The notes under the pieces were generated by a model, which was given only the letters and a program-made list of their open reading frames with translations, had not been told where the DNA came from and searched no databases. The position numbers were made by a program, and so were the translations under genes. Below are positions 18,572 to 27,871 of a stretch of 59,784 bases of DNA, piece after piece. Origin of the DNA: Candidatus Tayloriibacteriota bacterium (GTDB taxonomy: Bacteria; Patescibacteriota; Minisyncoccia; Phycocordibacterales; PALSA-1337); NCBI GenBank assembly GCA_028286665.1, contig JAQBRD010000016.1, positions 1 through 59,784 on the forward strand. The letters are read 5' to 3'. Numbering within the stretch: the stretch's first letter is position 1; every line of letters starts with the position of its first letter.

Positions 18572-18589
18572 TGACGAAAATTTTCGTCA
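18572..18589. promoter_or_regulatory. perfect 18-nt palindrome in the divergent R3/SBP5 intergenic region (candidate operator)
   Basis: TGACGAAAATTTTCGTCA equals its own reverse complement. It starts 9 nt upstream of the R3 start codon. Confidence 0.4.
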
Positions 18590-18620
18590 GACATGCTAAA
18601 AATACATCGGAATAGAGCTT

Positions 18621-19805
18621 TTGGCAAGGGTGTTTCATTCAGGATCGAGCTTGAAACAATTGCTTGCGTATCATGAAGCAGTGAATACAAAAACCAATAA
18701 GATTCTGCTTTGGATTTTCGGAATGGTCGCGATAGCTGCCCTGCTGCTTGCGGTGAGCAAAGGTTTCTCCCATCCGCCGAAGCAGATCCGGCTCGGCTTG
18801 ATGGTTCCCCTCTCTGGAAATAGCGCCTCAGTCGGCGAGCGCATCAGGAATGGCGCGCAAATAGCCGTTGCCGATCTCGAAAGGAATGGCCAGCACATCT
18901 CGCTCATCATAGAAGATGACAAAGGTGACTCTCCCACTGCAGTCAGTGTCGCAAATAAGCTCATCTCGAGCGATCGCGTCCGCATCATTATCGGAACTGC
19001 GAAGTCAGATCCGATGCTCGCGATAGCTCCGATCACCGAAAAGAATAAGATCATCCTCATTTCCCCTACTGCTGGTGCCGATGCAATATCTTCTGCCGGC
19101 GATTATGTCTTCCGGACGATCGAGCTTGCTGACGGACATGGCAAGGCTGCTGCAGAATTCTTCTCTTTGAAAAATATTCGGACTGCCGGAATGTTCGTGG
19201 CAAATGCTTCCAATGCGCAGAGCTATGGGAATGCTTTCGTTCGGCATTTTTCTGAAACTGGCACATTGACCGCGACTTCGACATATAATCCCGCAGACGC
19301 TGATTTCCGAACGATCATATCGAAAATCATCTCGACACATCCGCAGGCAATGTATCTCGGCGTCGCTACGGCGAAAGATGCCGGACTGATCGTGAAGCAG
19401 TCCCGCGAACTCGGCTACGCCGGGCCAATCGTGGCAAGCGTAGCTGCCTTTGCGCCGGAATTTATCACGACAGCAGGAAGCGCAGCCGAAGGCGCTTATG
19501 TGAACGCGCCGTCATTCGATGCTTCGGTCAGCCCTGCATTGGAATTCAATCAGAAGTATCGAACGCGATTCGGCGCCGACAGCGATGGCTTCGCCGCGAA
19601 TTCATACGATGCGATCATGCTTGCGGCTCGGGCTATCCATTCATGCGGTGGCGACAGCAATACTGACTGCATTCGCGACACGCTCTATCAGACAAAGGAC
19701 TACCGAGGCGTAAGCGGCACCATGACGTTCGATCGCAATGGCGATGTCGCGAAGCCTGTGGCTATCAAGAGAGTTGCTGGGGGTAAGTTCGTGGATGCAC
19801 AATAA
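18621..19805 (+). CDS. ABC substrate-binding protein, Leu/Ile/Val-binding-protein family (SBP5), TM anchored
   Basis: TM (ILLWIFGMVAIAALLLAV), then IRLGLMVPLSGNSASVGERIRNGAQIAVADLERNGQHISLIIEDDKGDSPTAV. The start is uncertain: TTG 18621 or GTG 18681. Confidence 0.85.
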   Translation: MARVFHSGSSLKQLLAYHEAVNTKTNKILLWIFGMVAIAALLLAVSKGFSHPPKQIRLGLMVPLSGNSASVGERIRNGAQIAVADLERNGQHISLIIEDDKGDSPTAVSVANKLISSDRVRIIIGTAKSDPMLAIAPITEKNKIILISPTAGADAISSAGDYVFRTIELADGHGKAAAEFFSLKNIRTAGMFVANASNAQSYGNAFVRHFSETGTLTATSTYNPADADFRTIISKIISTHPQAMYLGVATAKDAGLIVKQSRELGYAGPIVASVAAFAPEFITTAGSAAEGAYVNAPSFDASVSPALEFNQKYRTRFGADSDGFAANSYDAIMLAARAIHSCGGDSNTDCIRDTLYQTKDYRGVSGTMTFDRNGDVAKPVAIKRVAGGKFVDAQ

Positions 19806-19829
19806 AACCCGATCTTGCGATCGGGTTTT
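19804..19829. terminator. bidirectional intrinsic terminator between convergent SBP5 and SBP6
   Basis: aaaaCCCGATCttgcGATCGGGtttt. Confidence 0.75.
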
Positions 19830-19852
19830 ATTTCTACGCTTTAATTGAGGTT

Positions 19853-20974
19853 TTATTTCGAAACAACAGCCTTCCCGTCCCTGATGACTGCAACTTCGTA
19901 ATTCGCCGTCTTGAGATCCCCGTTCTCATCGAAGCTGATTTCCTTGGATGAAACCCCGCTTGTATAAACTGTCTTGTAGAGTTCGTTCTTGATAGACGTC
20001 TTGTCTGTTCCGACCGATCCAATCACTTTTGCGATGATCTTCGTGCCGTCATATGCTGTCGCGCTGCAGCCTGCGATCTCATCCGATGCTGTCTTCGCCT
20101 TCATTGCTGTCCTGAATGCATCGGTCGGATTGCTTGTCACTCGACTGTACATCGAACCTTCGGCGACTTTGCCGGCAGAACTCCATATCTTCGGATCGTC
20201 CCAGCCGTCTCCGCCGAACCAGGTCGTCTTCAGGCCAACATCCTTTGCCTGGCTGAGCGCTACTACTGTCTCATTCGAATACCCGAGGAAATAGAGAGCA
20301 TCGACATTCGCAGCCTTTACTTTCGTGAGGATCGTCCTGAGATCGTGAGTATTCTGGTCATATCCGTCATCGACAGCGACTGTGCCGCCGAGCTTCTTGA
20401 ATTCCTGGATGAAAACATCATTGATCCCGATGCCCCAATCAGATTTCACATAGAGTACCGCCACCTTCTTCTTTCCAAGCGTATTGAAAAGATGGTCAGC
20501 TCCGAATTTTCCTTGGAATGAATCAGATGGATAATTTCTGAAAATATAGTCCCCAGCCTTCGTCAGTGTGGGGACTGATGAGCAGTATGAGAGAACCGGA
20601 GTCCTCGACTGTTCTGCGGCCTGTGCAAAAGCCATCGTTTCGCCTGAACAAGCTCCGCCGAGAATTACGGATACTTTGTCGACATTGATGAGCTTATTCG
20701 CCGCACTCGAGGCCGCTGTTCCTCCGCATTTGCCATCCTCATACATAACTTCAAGCTGTCGGCCATTGATTCCCCCGGCAGCATTCACTTCAGCTGTTGC
20801 GATTTCTACTGCCGCCTTCGCATTTTGTCCGATGTTCGCAGCGTCTCCTGAAAGAGGTCCTACGAAGCCGATCCTGATCGGTCCAGTTTCCTTATTCCCC
20901 GACATCGAAACGAATGCGATGACGATGATAATGAGCACGACTATCCCGAGCGCTATTTTCCCGTTCTTGGTCAT
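19853..20974 (-). CDS. ABC substrate-binding protein, Leu/Ile/Val-binding-protein family (SBP6), TM anchored
   Basis: TM, then IRIGFVGPLSGDAANIGQNAKAAVEIATAEVNAAGGINGRQLEVMYEDGKCGGTAA. Confidence 0.88.
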   Translation of the reverse strand: MTKNGKIALGIVVLIIIVIAFVSMSGNKETGPIRIGFVGPLSGDAANIGQNAKAAVEIATAEVNAAGGINGRQLEVMYEDGKCGGTAASSAANKLINVDKVSVILGGACSGETMAFAQAAEQSRTPVLSYCSSVPTLTKAGDYIFRNYPSDSFQGKFGADHLFNTLGKKKVAVLYVKSDWGIGINDVFIQEFKKLGGTVAVDDGYDQNTHDLRTILTKVKAANVDALYFLGYSNETVVALSQAKDVGLKTTWFGGDGWDDPKIWSSAGKVAEGSMYSRVTSNPTDAFRTAMKAKTASDEIAGCSATAYDGTKIIAKVIGSVGTDKTSIKNELYKTVYTSGVSSKEISFDENGDLKTANYEVAVIRDGKAVVSK

Positions 20975-21022
20975 TTGGATTTGCTAATTGATAATTAGCA
21001 ATAGTATGTACCAGACTATGCC

Positions 21023-22111
21023 TTATTGTCCAATAGTGACCGGCTTGCCGTTCCGTATCATTCTGACCACGGCTTTGCTGATGACGAAGCCTTCTGGGTC
21101 GATCGTCAGATCGCCGAGCGCCCCGCTCATGCCTTTGATGTTCAGCAATTCTGATACGATGGCATCTTTGCTTGACTTGCCTGTCTTCGCATACGCAGCC
21201 TCGCTCGCATTCGCAATCATGCCGACGATGTCGTATGCATTGGCTGAGCCGAGGGTTGGCTGCTTGCCATACTTGTTCTGATACAGATCGATGAATGCAT
21301 TCGTCGCATCAGCTGCATTCACATACCAGTTGCCTTCATACAGCTGCGGCTGGTCAGTCTGCTCGAATGATTCGATAGCAGTGATCGGGGTTTTCACGCC
21401 AAGCTCCCTGAGCTGTTTCGTCACGTTCTCGAGTTCGGGACTGAAAGCGAAGAGCACATAGATGTCCGGCTGCTTCTCCTGCGCTTTCAATATCCTTGTC
21501 TTGAAATCGGTTTCTCCGAAGTTGAAATCCTCTTCATCTACGATTGAGATCTCGGTTCCCGCGATCTGCCGCTTCATCTCGTTATTGATCGCGATGATTC
21601 CTGGGATATGGGCGCCGAATATCGCGATCTTGCGGATCTTGCGGCGTCCGAGCTCTTTGATGAACGTTTCTACCTCTGCCTTCGGCGGAGTCCAGTGGAT
21701 GAAATTGTAGTTCCCTTTGGCGATCGTCGGATCTGAGGCTATTGCGAAATGGATTACCTTGTTCTTCTCAGCAATCGGATTGACGATATTCCCAGCGCTT
21801 GAAGCGAGCGTCACTATCGCGTCGACTTTGTCGATAGAAATCAGCTTTTGAGCTGCGCTCGCGGTCCTTTTCGGATCGAAGCCGTCATCCTCGAAAATTA
21901 ATTCGTATTTCAGGCGCGTATCATGAAGCTGAGACTGGGCAAGCATCGCCGCATTCCTAACTCCTTCTCCGAGAAAAGCCACATTGCCGGAGAGCGGTAC
22001 AATGACGCCGATTTTGATTGAGGCTGGCGGTTTATTCGGCATCCGCGCGATCAGTACTGCAATGGCAATGAGGATTATGATGCTCAGGATTATTTTGAGA
22101 TGTTGTTTCAT
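21023..22111 (-). CDS. ABC substrate-binding protein, Leu/Ile/Val-binding-protein family (SBP7), TM anchored
   Basis: MKQHLKIILSIIILIAIAVLIA anchor, then IKIGVIVPLSGNVAFLGEGVRNAAMLAQ. The ORF opens at 22162, and ATG 22111 is chosen. Confidence 0.85.
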   Translation of the reverse strand: MKQHLKIILSIIILIAIAVLIARMPNKPPASIKIGVIVPLSGNVAFLGEGVRNAAMLAQSQLHDTRLKYELIFEDDGFDPKRTASAAQKLISIDKVDAIVTLASSAGNIVNPIAEKNKVIHFAIASDPTIAKGNYNFIHWTPPKAEVETFIKELGRRKIRKIAIFGAHIPGIIAINNEMKRQIAGTEISIVDEEDFNFGETDFKTRILKAQEKQPDIYVLFAFSPELENVTKQLRELGVKTPITAIESFEQTDQPQLYEGNWYVNAADATNAFIDLYQNKYGKQPTLGSANAYDIVGMIANASEAAYAKTGKSSKDAIVSELLNIKGMSGALGDLTIDPEGFVISKAVVRMIRNGKPVTIGQ

Positions 22112-22274
22112 ATTTGTGTGTTTATTCAGTAACGATACCGAGCTCGCCTGTTTTTGTCTCAAATAACATCCAATATATAGCTGAAATATACTTGCAAAAT
22201 AAGGGCAGAAATTAATTCATTGGATTTTGTTCGTGGTTAGTGACAAATAATATATCCTGTGGTATCGTGCAAAT

Positions 22275-23084
22275 ATGAAAAACGAAGCACTCATAAGGAA
22301 TCTTCAGAAGACTGGTCTCAGCGAGAAAACAGCTTTGGTCTATACTGCCCTCCTCGAAATGGGCGGTGCCTACCCGTCAGCGATCTCGGAGAAGACGAAG
22401 ATCAATCGAAGCACCGTATATAAGATCCTCCTCGATCTTTCGATCAAAGGCCTCATTACTGAAATCGAGCGCGGAAAGAAGCTCTATTATCAGGTCGAAA
22501 AACCCGAGAAGCTGGTTCGATATGCGAAAGCTCAGGCGGATACGGCAAAAGACGCATATGAAAAGACCCGCGAGCTCATTCCTGACATCGCCGGCATCTT
22601 CGCCATGAGTCCGAATAAGCCGAAGATCAGATTCTTTCAGAATGCAGATGGCATCATGTCCATCTTCGAGGATCATGTGAGCATCAGCAAGAAGTATGAA
22701 ATGCTTGGCTTCGCCAATACCGCCGAGCTGTCGCGATTCTTCGATCCTGGATTCCTCACGAAATACATCAAGAAGAAGGAGAAGATCGGAATCACCACTC
22801 GCGGCTTCGTTCCGAACACCTCCGGAGACAGGCACTATGCCGAGGAATTCTATAAAGGCGTAAAAGAGTCCATAAAGCTCAAGGTTCGCTACATTCCTCG
22901 AGAAGAATTCCCCTTTAACGGCGAAATTACCATATATGGGACTGATAGGGTTTCAATAATCAACTTCGACGATCGCGGCATTGTCGGCATTATCATAGAA
23001 GACAAGCCGATACATGATATGATGACGCGTATTTTCGAACTTGCGTGGAAAGGCGGAGAGTCAAGCGTTATTAAATCTAAGTAA
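22275..23084 (+). CDS. TrmB-family HTH transcriptional regulator-like protein (R4)
   Basis: LQKTGLSEKTALVYTALLEMGGAYPSAISEKTKINRSTVYKILLDLSIKGLI wHTH plus a C-domain. Divergent from SBP7. Confidence 0.78.
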   Translation: MKNEALIRNLQKTGLSEKTALVYTALLEMGGAYPSAISEKTKINRSTVYKILLDLSIKGLITEIERGKKLYYQVEKPEKLVRYAKAQADTAKDAYEKTRELIPDIAGIFAMSPNKPKIRFFQNADGIMSIFEDHVSISKKYEMLGFANTAELSRFFDPGFLTKYIKKKEKIGITTRGFVPNTSGDRHYAEEFYKGVKESIKLKVRYIPREEFPFNGEITIYGTDRVSIINFDDRGIVGIIIEDKPIHDMMTRIFELAWKGGESSVIKSK

Positions 23085-23155
23085 TCCACAGCTTATGAAG
23101 GTTGCGGGCGCTTTCGGGGAGATTTTTAATTTCGGCCGCATGTTAGAATAGATGC

Positions 23156-24565
23156 ATGAACGAAACCCAGCGCACCGCTTCTCCTTATTTCCGAGCAAAA
23201 GATCTGCGGATTCCTCCGCAGTCGCTCGAGGCGGAAAAGGCATTGCTCGGCTCCATCATGATCCGACCCGAAGTCATCCATGACGTCATCGACGTCATCA
23301 AGGAGCATTCATTCTATGCTGACCGACATCGCCACACCTGGACGACGATGATCGAGCTTCATGGCAAAGGTTCGCCGATCGATCTCCTTTCCCTTTCATC
23401 TCGATTGAAAGAGCGCGATCTCCTCGAGCAGGCCGGCGGCATGACGTATCTCACCGAGCTCGTCAACAGCGTCCCTTCCTCGACTAACGCCAAGCATTAC
23501 GCCGAAATCGTCCAGAAGAAGCAGCTCATGCGCGACCTCATCAGCGCATCGGAATTCATCGGCAATCTCGGCTTCGACGAGGAGGGCGACATCGAAGAGG
23601 TCCTCGACAAGGCTGAAAAGAAGATCTTCGACGTCACCAACTTCACCGGCACGCACAAATTCGTCGCCATCGGCGAAGAGCTCGTCACCGCGATGGAACG
23701 CATCGATATGCTCCATAAGACGCAGGGTTCGCTCCGCGGCGTGCGCTCCGGCTTCCGCGACATCGACAACAAGCTCGCCGGATTCCAGAAATCCGACCTC
23801 ATCATCCTCGCAGCGCGACCTTCGATGGGAAAGACTGCATTCGCGCTCGACATCGCCCGCAAGGCAGCGATCGAGCATAATGTCCCTGTGGGCATCTTCT
23901 CGCTCGAAATGAGCGCGCAGCAGCTCGTCGACCGTATGCTCTCCGCAGAATCCCAGGTTGACGCATGGAAGATCCGCACTGGCGCAAATTTGAGCATCGA
24001 TCACGATTTCAAAGCCATCCGCGAGGCGATGGATCGCCTTTCGCACGCTCCTATCTATATCGACGATCAGTCGAGCAACAACATCATGAAGATGCGCTCG
24101 GTCGCCCGCCGGCTCAAGGCTGAAAAAGGCCTCGGCCTCATCATCGTCGACTACCTCCAGCTCATGGTTCCTTCGAATACCAAAGCTTCGGACAACCTCG
24201 TCCAGCAGGTCACGGAAATCTCGCGATCATTGAAGAATCTCGCACGCGAGCTCGACGTTCCCGTCATCGCCCTTTCGCAGCTCTCCCGAGCGGTCGAGCA
24301 GCGCGGAGGCAGGCCTCGACTCTCCGACCTCCGAGACTCCGGTTCCATCGAGCAGGATGCCGACGTGGTCATGTTCATCCATCGCGAAGCAAATGAAGAA
24401 GGCGGCGGAAAGAAGCAGGAAGCTGAGATCCTCATCGAGAAGCACCGAAACGGACCGACCGGCGTCGTGAAGCTCTTCTTCGACAAGGAAAAGACCTCGT
24501 TCGTCACCATGGAAAAGGGCGAGTTCGGCGACTTCGATGGAGGCGGTTCGGGCGGCGGATTCTAA
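23156..24565 (+). CDS. dnaB: replicative DNA helicase DnaB
   Basis: PPQSLEAEKALLGSIM, Walker A ARPSMGKTAFAL, LIIVDYLQLM, ALSQLSRAVEQR. No intein-sized insertion. Confidence 0.96.
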   Translation: MNETQRTASPYFRAKDLRIPPQSLEAEKALLGSIMIRPEVIHDVIDVIKEHSFYADRHRHTWTTMIELHGKGSPIDLLSLSSRLKERDLLEQAGGMTYLTELVNSVPSSTNAKHYAEIVQKKQLMRDLISASEFIGNLGFDEEGDIEEVLDKAEKKIFDVTNFTGTHKFVAIGEELVTAMERIDMLHKTQGSLRGVRSGFRDIDNKLAGFQKSDLIILAARPSMGKTAFALDIARKAAIEHNVPVGIFSLEMSAQQLVDRMLSAESQVDAWKIRTGANLSIDHDFKAIREAMDRLSHAPIYIDDQSSNNIMKMRSVARRLKAEKGLGLIIVDYLQLMVPSNTKASDNLVQQVTEISRSLKNLARELDVPVIALSQLSRAVEQRGGRPRLSDLRDSGSIEQDADVVMFIHREANEEGGGKKQEAEILIEKHRNGPTGVVKLFFDKEKTSFVTMEKGEFGDFDGGGSGGGF

Positions 24566-24615
24566 CGCCTGCCTTTCCTCGCTCATTTTGGTATACTTCG
24601 CAGTATCATTCTCTT

Positions 24616-25230
24616 ATGGACCCCATTTCCCGCTTGGCTGAATACTTCCGCGACTTTCCCGGCATCGGCCCTCGACAGGCCAAGCGTTTCGTCTATTATC
24701 TCCTCACCAGGAATGCAGGCACGCTTGATGAGATCTCGCGTCTCATTCTCGAGATCAAGAAGCAGGTGCATATCTGCAGCAGATGCTTCCGTTTTTTCAA
24801 TGCTCAGAATGCAGCTGTCGGAAATGTCTGCCCGATCTGTGCCGACAAGGACCGCGACCAATCCATCCTCATGGTCGTGAGCAAAGATGCGGATTTTGAA
24901 GCGATCGAAAAAGCCCATGTACATCATGGCCTCTATTTCATACTCGGCGGCACCGTGCCGATCTTGGAGAAGAATCCTGAGCAGCGCATCCGATCGCGCG
25001 AACTCATGAACCGGCTTAGTGACGATGTCTCGATAAAAGAGCTCGTGCTTTCCCTTTCGGCTACGCCTGACGGCGAGCATACTGCCGATGTCATCCGCAG
25101 TCTCGCGAAAGACATCGTCGCAGAGCGATCCATCCGCGTCACCGTCCTCGGCCGCGGCCTTTCTACTGGCAGTGAGCTTGAATATGCAGACAGCGATACG
25201 ATCAAAAGCGCGTTCAATAATCGAATATAA
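24616..25230 (+). CDS. recR: recombination protein RecR
   Basis: FPGIGPRQAKRFVYYLL (HhH), C4 zinc finger CSRCFRF...CPICAD, Toprim LMVVSKDADFEAIEK. Confidence 0.95.
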   Translation: MDPISRLAEYFRDFPGIGPRQAKRFVYYLLTRNAGTLDEISRLILEIKKQVHICSRCFRFFNAQNAAVGNVCPICADKDRDQSILMVVSKDADFEAIEKAHVHHGLYFILGGTVPILEKNPEQRIRSRELMNRLSDDVSIKELVLSLSATPDGEHTADVIRSLAKDIVAERSIRVTVLGRGLSTGSELEYADSDTIKSAFNNRI

Positions 25231-25255
25231 AAAACTGCCCGAGCGGGCAGTTTTT
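25229..25255. terminator. bidirectional intrinsic terminator between recR and rplU
   Basis: aaaaaaCTGCCCgagcGGGCAGttttt. Confidence 0.8.
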
Positions 25256-25261
25256 CAGTAT

Positions 25262-25624
25262 TTATTTGATCGCGTCGATCTTGATTTCGAAGAATGGCTG
25301 TCGGTGGCCGTTTTTCTTAAAATACTTGCTCTTCTGCTTGAATTTGATGACGTTCACCTTTGCGAGGCGGCCGATCTTCGTGATCTTGCCGGTGACTGCT
25401 GCCTTCGGGATGAATGGAGCGCCAATAGTGGTGTCTGAACCGTTGTCTACGAGGAGAACCTGGTCGAATGTGACCGCATCGCCCTCCTTGTATTCCTTGC
25501 CAATTTCAGCAGAAATCTTTTCAATCTTGATCAAATCGCCGACTGAGACCTGGTACTGCTTGCCTCCGTTCGCGATGATCGCGAATTCCTTGTTTTCTGC
25601 GGTTTTTGTTGCGCTATTAGCCAT
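25262..25624 (-). CDS. rplU: 50S ribosomal protein L21
   Basis: FAIIANGGKQYQVSVGDLIKIEKI...VIKFKQKSKYFKKNGHRQPFFEIKIDAI: L21 signature with a short N-terminal extension. Confidence 0.93.
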   Translation of the reverse strand: MANSATKTAENKEFAIIANGGKQYQVSVGDLIKIEKISAEIGKEYKEGDAVTFDQVLLVDNGSDTTIGAPFIPKAAVTGKITKIGRLAKVNVIKFKQKSKYFKKNGHRQPFFEIKIDAIK

Positions 25625-25705
25625 AGTGGAGATATTCTATACTATCCGCTGAAAAATGCAAGCACCAAGCCGCTATTTGAGCGTTTCTGCCGCCGAATGG
25701 CCATT

Positions 25706-26866
25706 CTACTCCTCAATTTCAGGCTTTTCGAGCAATTCAACCTCAAGTCCTGGCGTCGCGCCAGTGATCCTGAGCACATCCTTGTCCACTTTCTTGAGCT
25801 CTTTCGAGGCGTTATTGAAATGGCTGACCGTCGTTCCGAGCGTCGCGCCGAGCTTCGTGTGATATTCCTCGTATTTCTTCAGATGCGTGCCGAGTTCCTC
25901 GACGCGCTTGATGATGTCCTTGGCAGTCTCCTCGATCTGCATCGCTTTCAAGCCCTGCAGCACTGTCTGGAGATATGCGAGGAATGACGTCGGCGAAACG
26001 ATTATGACCTTGTACTTGCTTGCTGCTCGCTGGATGAGATTCTCATTCTCGCCGTCTGATCCGCTGCCGCTCGTCGCGACTGCGCCGATCTTATTGATGA
26101 GCAGGTCATAGTAGATGGCTTCGTGCGGGATGAACATGAAGGCGAACTCCATCGTTCCATCCTGCGGACGTACGTACTTCGAAGTTTCCTGGATTCGCAT
26201 CTTGAGATCGTTCACGAAGAGCTTCTCAAGGCGCTCCTTCTCGAGCGGATCGCGCTCCTCGATGAGGCGGTTGTAGTTCTCGAGCGAGAATTTCGAGTCG
26301 ATCGGAATGACCTTGTCCTTCACGAATACGGCAGCATCGACGATGAGGTCTGCGCCGTCATCGGTCTTGCCGAGCTTGTACTGCATCTGGTAATTCCCTG
26401 GCGGCAGGATATTCTTGAGCAATGTCTCGAGGTAGTATTCGCCGAGCACGCCGCGCTGCTTCGGGTTCTTGAGGATGTCCTGGAGGCTCTGGAGCTGGTC
26501 TGCGAATGAGATGACCTGCTTGCCGGTCTCCTTCACTTCTGCGAGCTCGACGGTGATCTCCTTGATGAGCTTGGCGGATTCGCTGAATTGGCGGTGGACG
26601 GTCTCGCTCATATGGCGCGTGCTCTCCGTCATCTTCTGATCGACGGTGCGGTTGAGATCGCCGACTTCCTGGCGCATATTCTGGGATTCCTGGCGGACAT
26701 TGCGGGAGAGCTCATTCATCTGCTCGAGGATGAGCTTCAAGCCGACGTCTTCCTTGGTATCGAGGTCGTTTTCGCGGAGTTTCTGGCCTTTTTTCATATA
26801 GACCACCATGAAAACGATATTGGTGACGAATACGAGGGCGACGAGTACGATGAGGAATGCGGTCAT
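25706..26866 (-). CDS. rmuC: DNA recombination protein RmuC
   Basis: N-terminal TM, long coiled coil, and an RmuC nuclease-like core (DAAVFVKDKVIPIDSKFSLENY...FMFIPHEAIYYDL). Confidence 0.9.
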   Translation of the reverse strand: MTAFLIVLVALVFVTNIVFMVVYMKKGQKLRENDLDTKEDVGLKLILEQMNELSRNVRQESQNMRQEVGDLNRTVDQKMTESTRHMSETVHRQFSESAKLIKEITVELAEVKETGKQVISFADQLQSLQDILKNPKQRGVLGEYYLETLLKNILPPGNYQMQYKLGKTDDGADLIVDAAVFVKDKVIPIDSKFSLENYNRLIEERDPLEKERLEKLFVNDLKMRIQETSKYVRPQDGTMEFAFMFIPHEAIYYDLLINKIGAVATSGSGSDGENENLIQRAASKYKVIIVSPTSFLAYLQTVLQGLKAMQIEETAKDIIKRVEELGTHLKKYEEYHTKLGATLGTTVSHFNNASKELKKVDKDVLRITGATPGLEVELLEKPEIEE

Positions 26867-26885
26867 ATATGCTAGTATATCAGAT

Positions 26886-27377
26886 ATGACAATTCATGAA
26901 ACCATCAAGAACCAGATCAAGGACGCGATGCGAGCCAAGGACTCCGTGCGCCTCGACGTGCTCCGCGGACTGACCGCAGCTTTCTCAAACGAGATCATCA
27001 CGAAAGGCGCCGCTCTCGCCCCGTCTTCGACGGCTGGCGTCGAACTCATCAACGACGAATCGGCCCTCGCGCTCATCAAGCGCAGCGTGAAGCAGCACAA
27101 GGACTCGATCGACCAGTTCGACAAGGGCGGCCGAAAGGATCTCTCTGACAAGGAGCGCGCAGAACTCGTCATTCTCGATACCTTCGTGCCAGCAGGAATG
27201 AGCCAGGATGACATCCGGAAGCTCGCGGAGGCAAAGATCGCAGGTCTGCCAGGCGGCAAGCTCGAGAAGCCGATGGCCGGCAAATTCATGGGCGAACTCA
27301 TGCGCGAAATCAAGGCGAAAGGCATCGCGGCCGACGGTGCGGATGTGAAGTCGGTCATCGATTCGCTAGTTTCATAA
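26886..27377 (+). CDS. yqeY: GatB/YqeY domain protein
   Basis: MTIHETIKNQIKDAMRAKDSVRLDVLRGLTAAFSNE...LIKRSVKQHKDSIDQFDKGGRKDL. The ORF opens at 26808 inside rmuC, so ATG 26886 is chosen. Confidence 0.85.
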   Translation: MTIHETIKNQIKDAMRAKDSVRLDVLRGLTAAFSNEIITKGAALAPSSTAGVELINDESALALIKRSVKQHKDSIDQFDKGGRKDLSDKERAELVILDTFVPAGMSQDDIRKLAEAKIAGLPGGKLEKPMAGKFMGELMREIKAKGIAADGADVKSVIDSLVS

Positions 27378-27451
27378 TTGCAGCATTGCGCGCGGAATTC
27401 CGCATTTTAGAAAATTGCCCTCGCTGGGCTTTTTTCGTATAACAACATATA

Positions 27452-27480
27452 TTGACATATATAGTCAATGGTAGTATAAT
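27452..27480 (+). promoter_or_regulatory. consensus sigma70 promoter TTGACA-17-TATAAT
   Basis: TTGACA at 27452-27457, TATAAT at 27475-27480, spacer exactly 17 nt. A hairpin (GAACCAgtgagttgaatTGGTTC) follows immediately. Confidence 0.6.
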
Positions 27481-27562
27481 GAGGAACCAGTGAGTTGAAT
27501 TGGTTCTTGATTCCTCACCTTCTCAGTTCAGACAACCGTCAACAATTGATCCCTGAAAACAT

Positions 27563-27859
27563 ATGCAGCAGCAACCCCATGAAAAGACCATGATGGATCA
27601 ATTCATCGAGTACAACGACGGCCTTGAAGCACTATGTCGCCCCAAGGTCCCGCTCTATGAATTCCTCCGCATCATGGAAGCTTCCAGAATGGCAGAAGCA
27701 AAAAAGCAGGCAACCCCTCCGAAAGCAGCTTCGGTCAGGCTGACCGAGCCGCTCAAGCCGAAACCCCGCAAGAAGCCACGAACCGAAATTGGTTGGTGGC
27801 AGGAGTTTCAGCAGAGACAAGAAGCTCGTGAAGACAGTCGCCAACCCAGGTTCGCTTGA
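27563..27859 (+). CDS. hypothetical 98-aa protein (basic Lys/Pro-rich centre); coding status uncertain
   Basis: ATG ORF between the consensus promoter and a strong terminator. No SD before the ATG. No family recognised. Confidence 0.4.
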   Translation: MQQQPHEKTMMDQFIEYNDGLEALCRPKVPLYEFLRIMEASRMAEAKKQATPPKAASVRLTEPLKPKPRKKPRTEIGWWQEFQQRQEAREDSRQPRFA

Positions 27860-27871
27860 GTAATGAAAGCA

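Noticed and set aside
23156-24565. Checked DnaB for an intein or accessory insertion, given the LeuRS inserts.
   Set aside because: 469 aa is a normal length, and the helicase motifs are contiguous.
26808-26885. Upstream extension of the yqeY ORF, overlapping the 5' end of rmuC.
   Set aside because: GatB/YqeY similarity starts at ATG 26886, and the extension is antisense to the rmuC N-terminal TM coding region.
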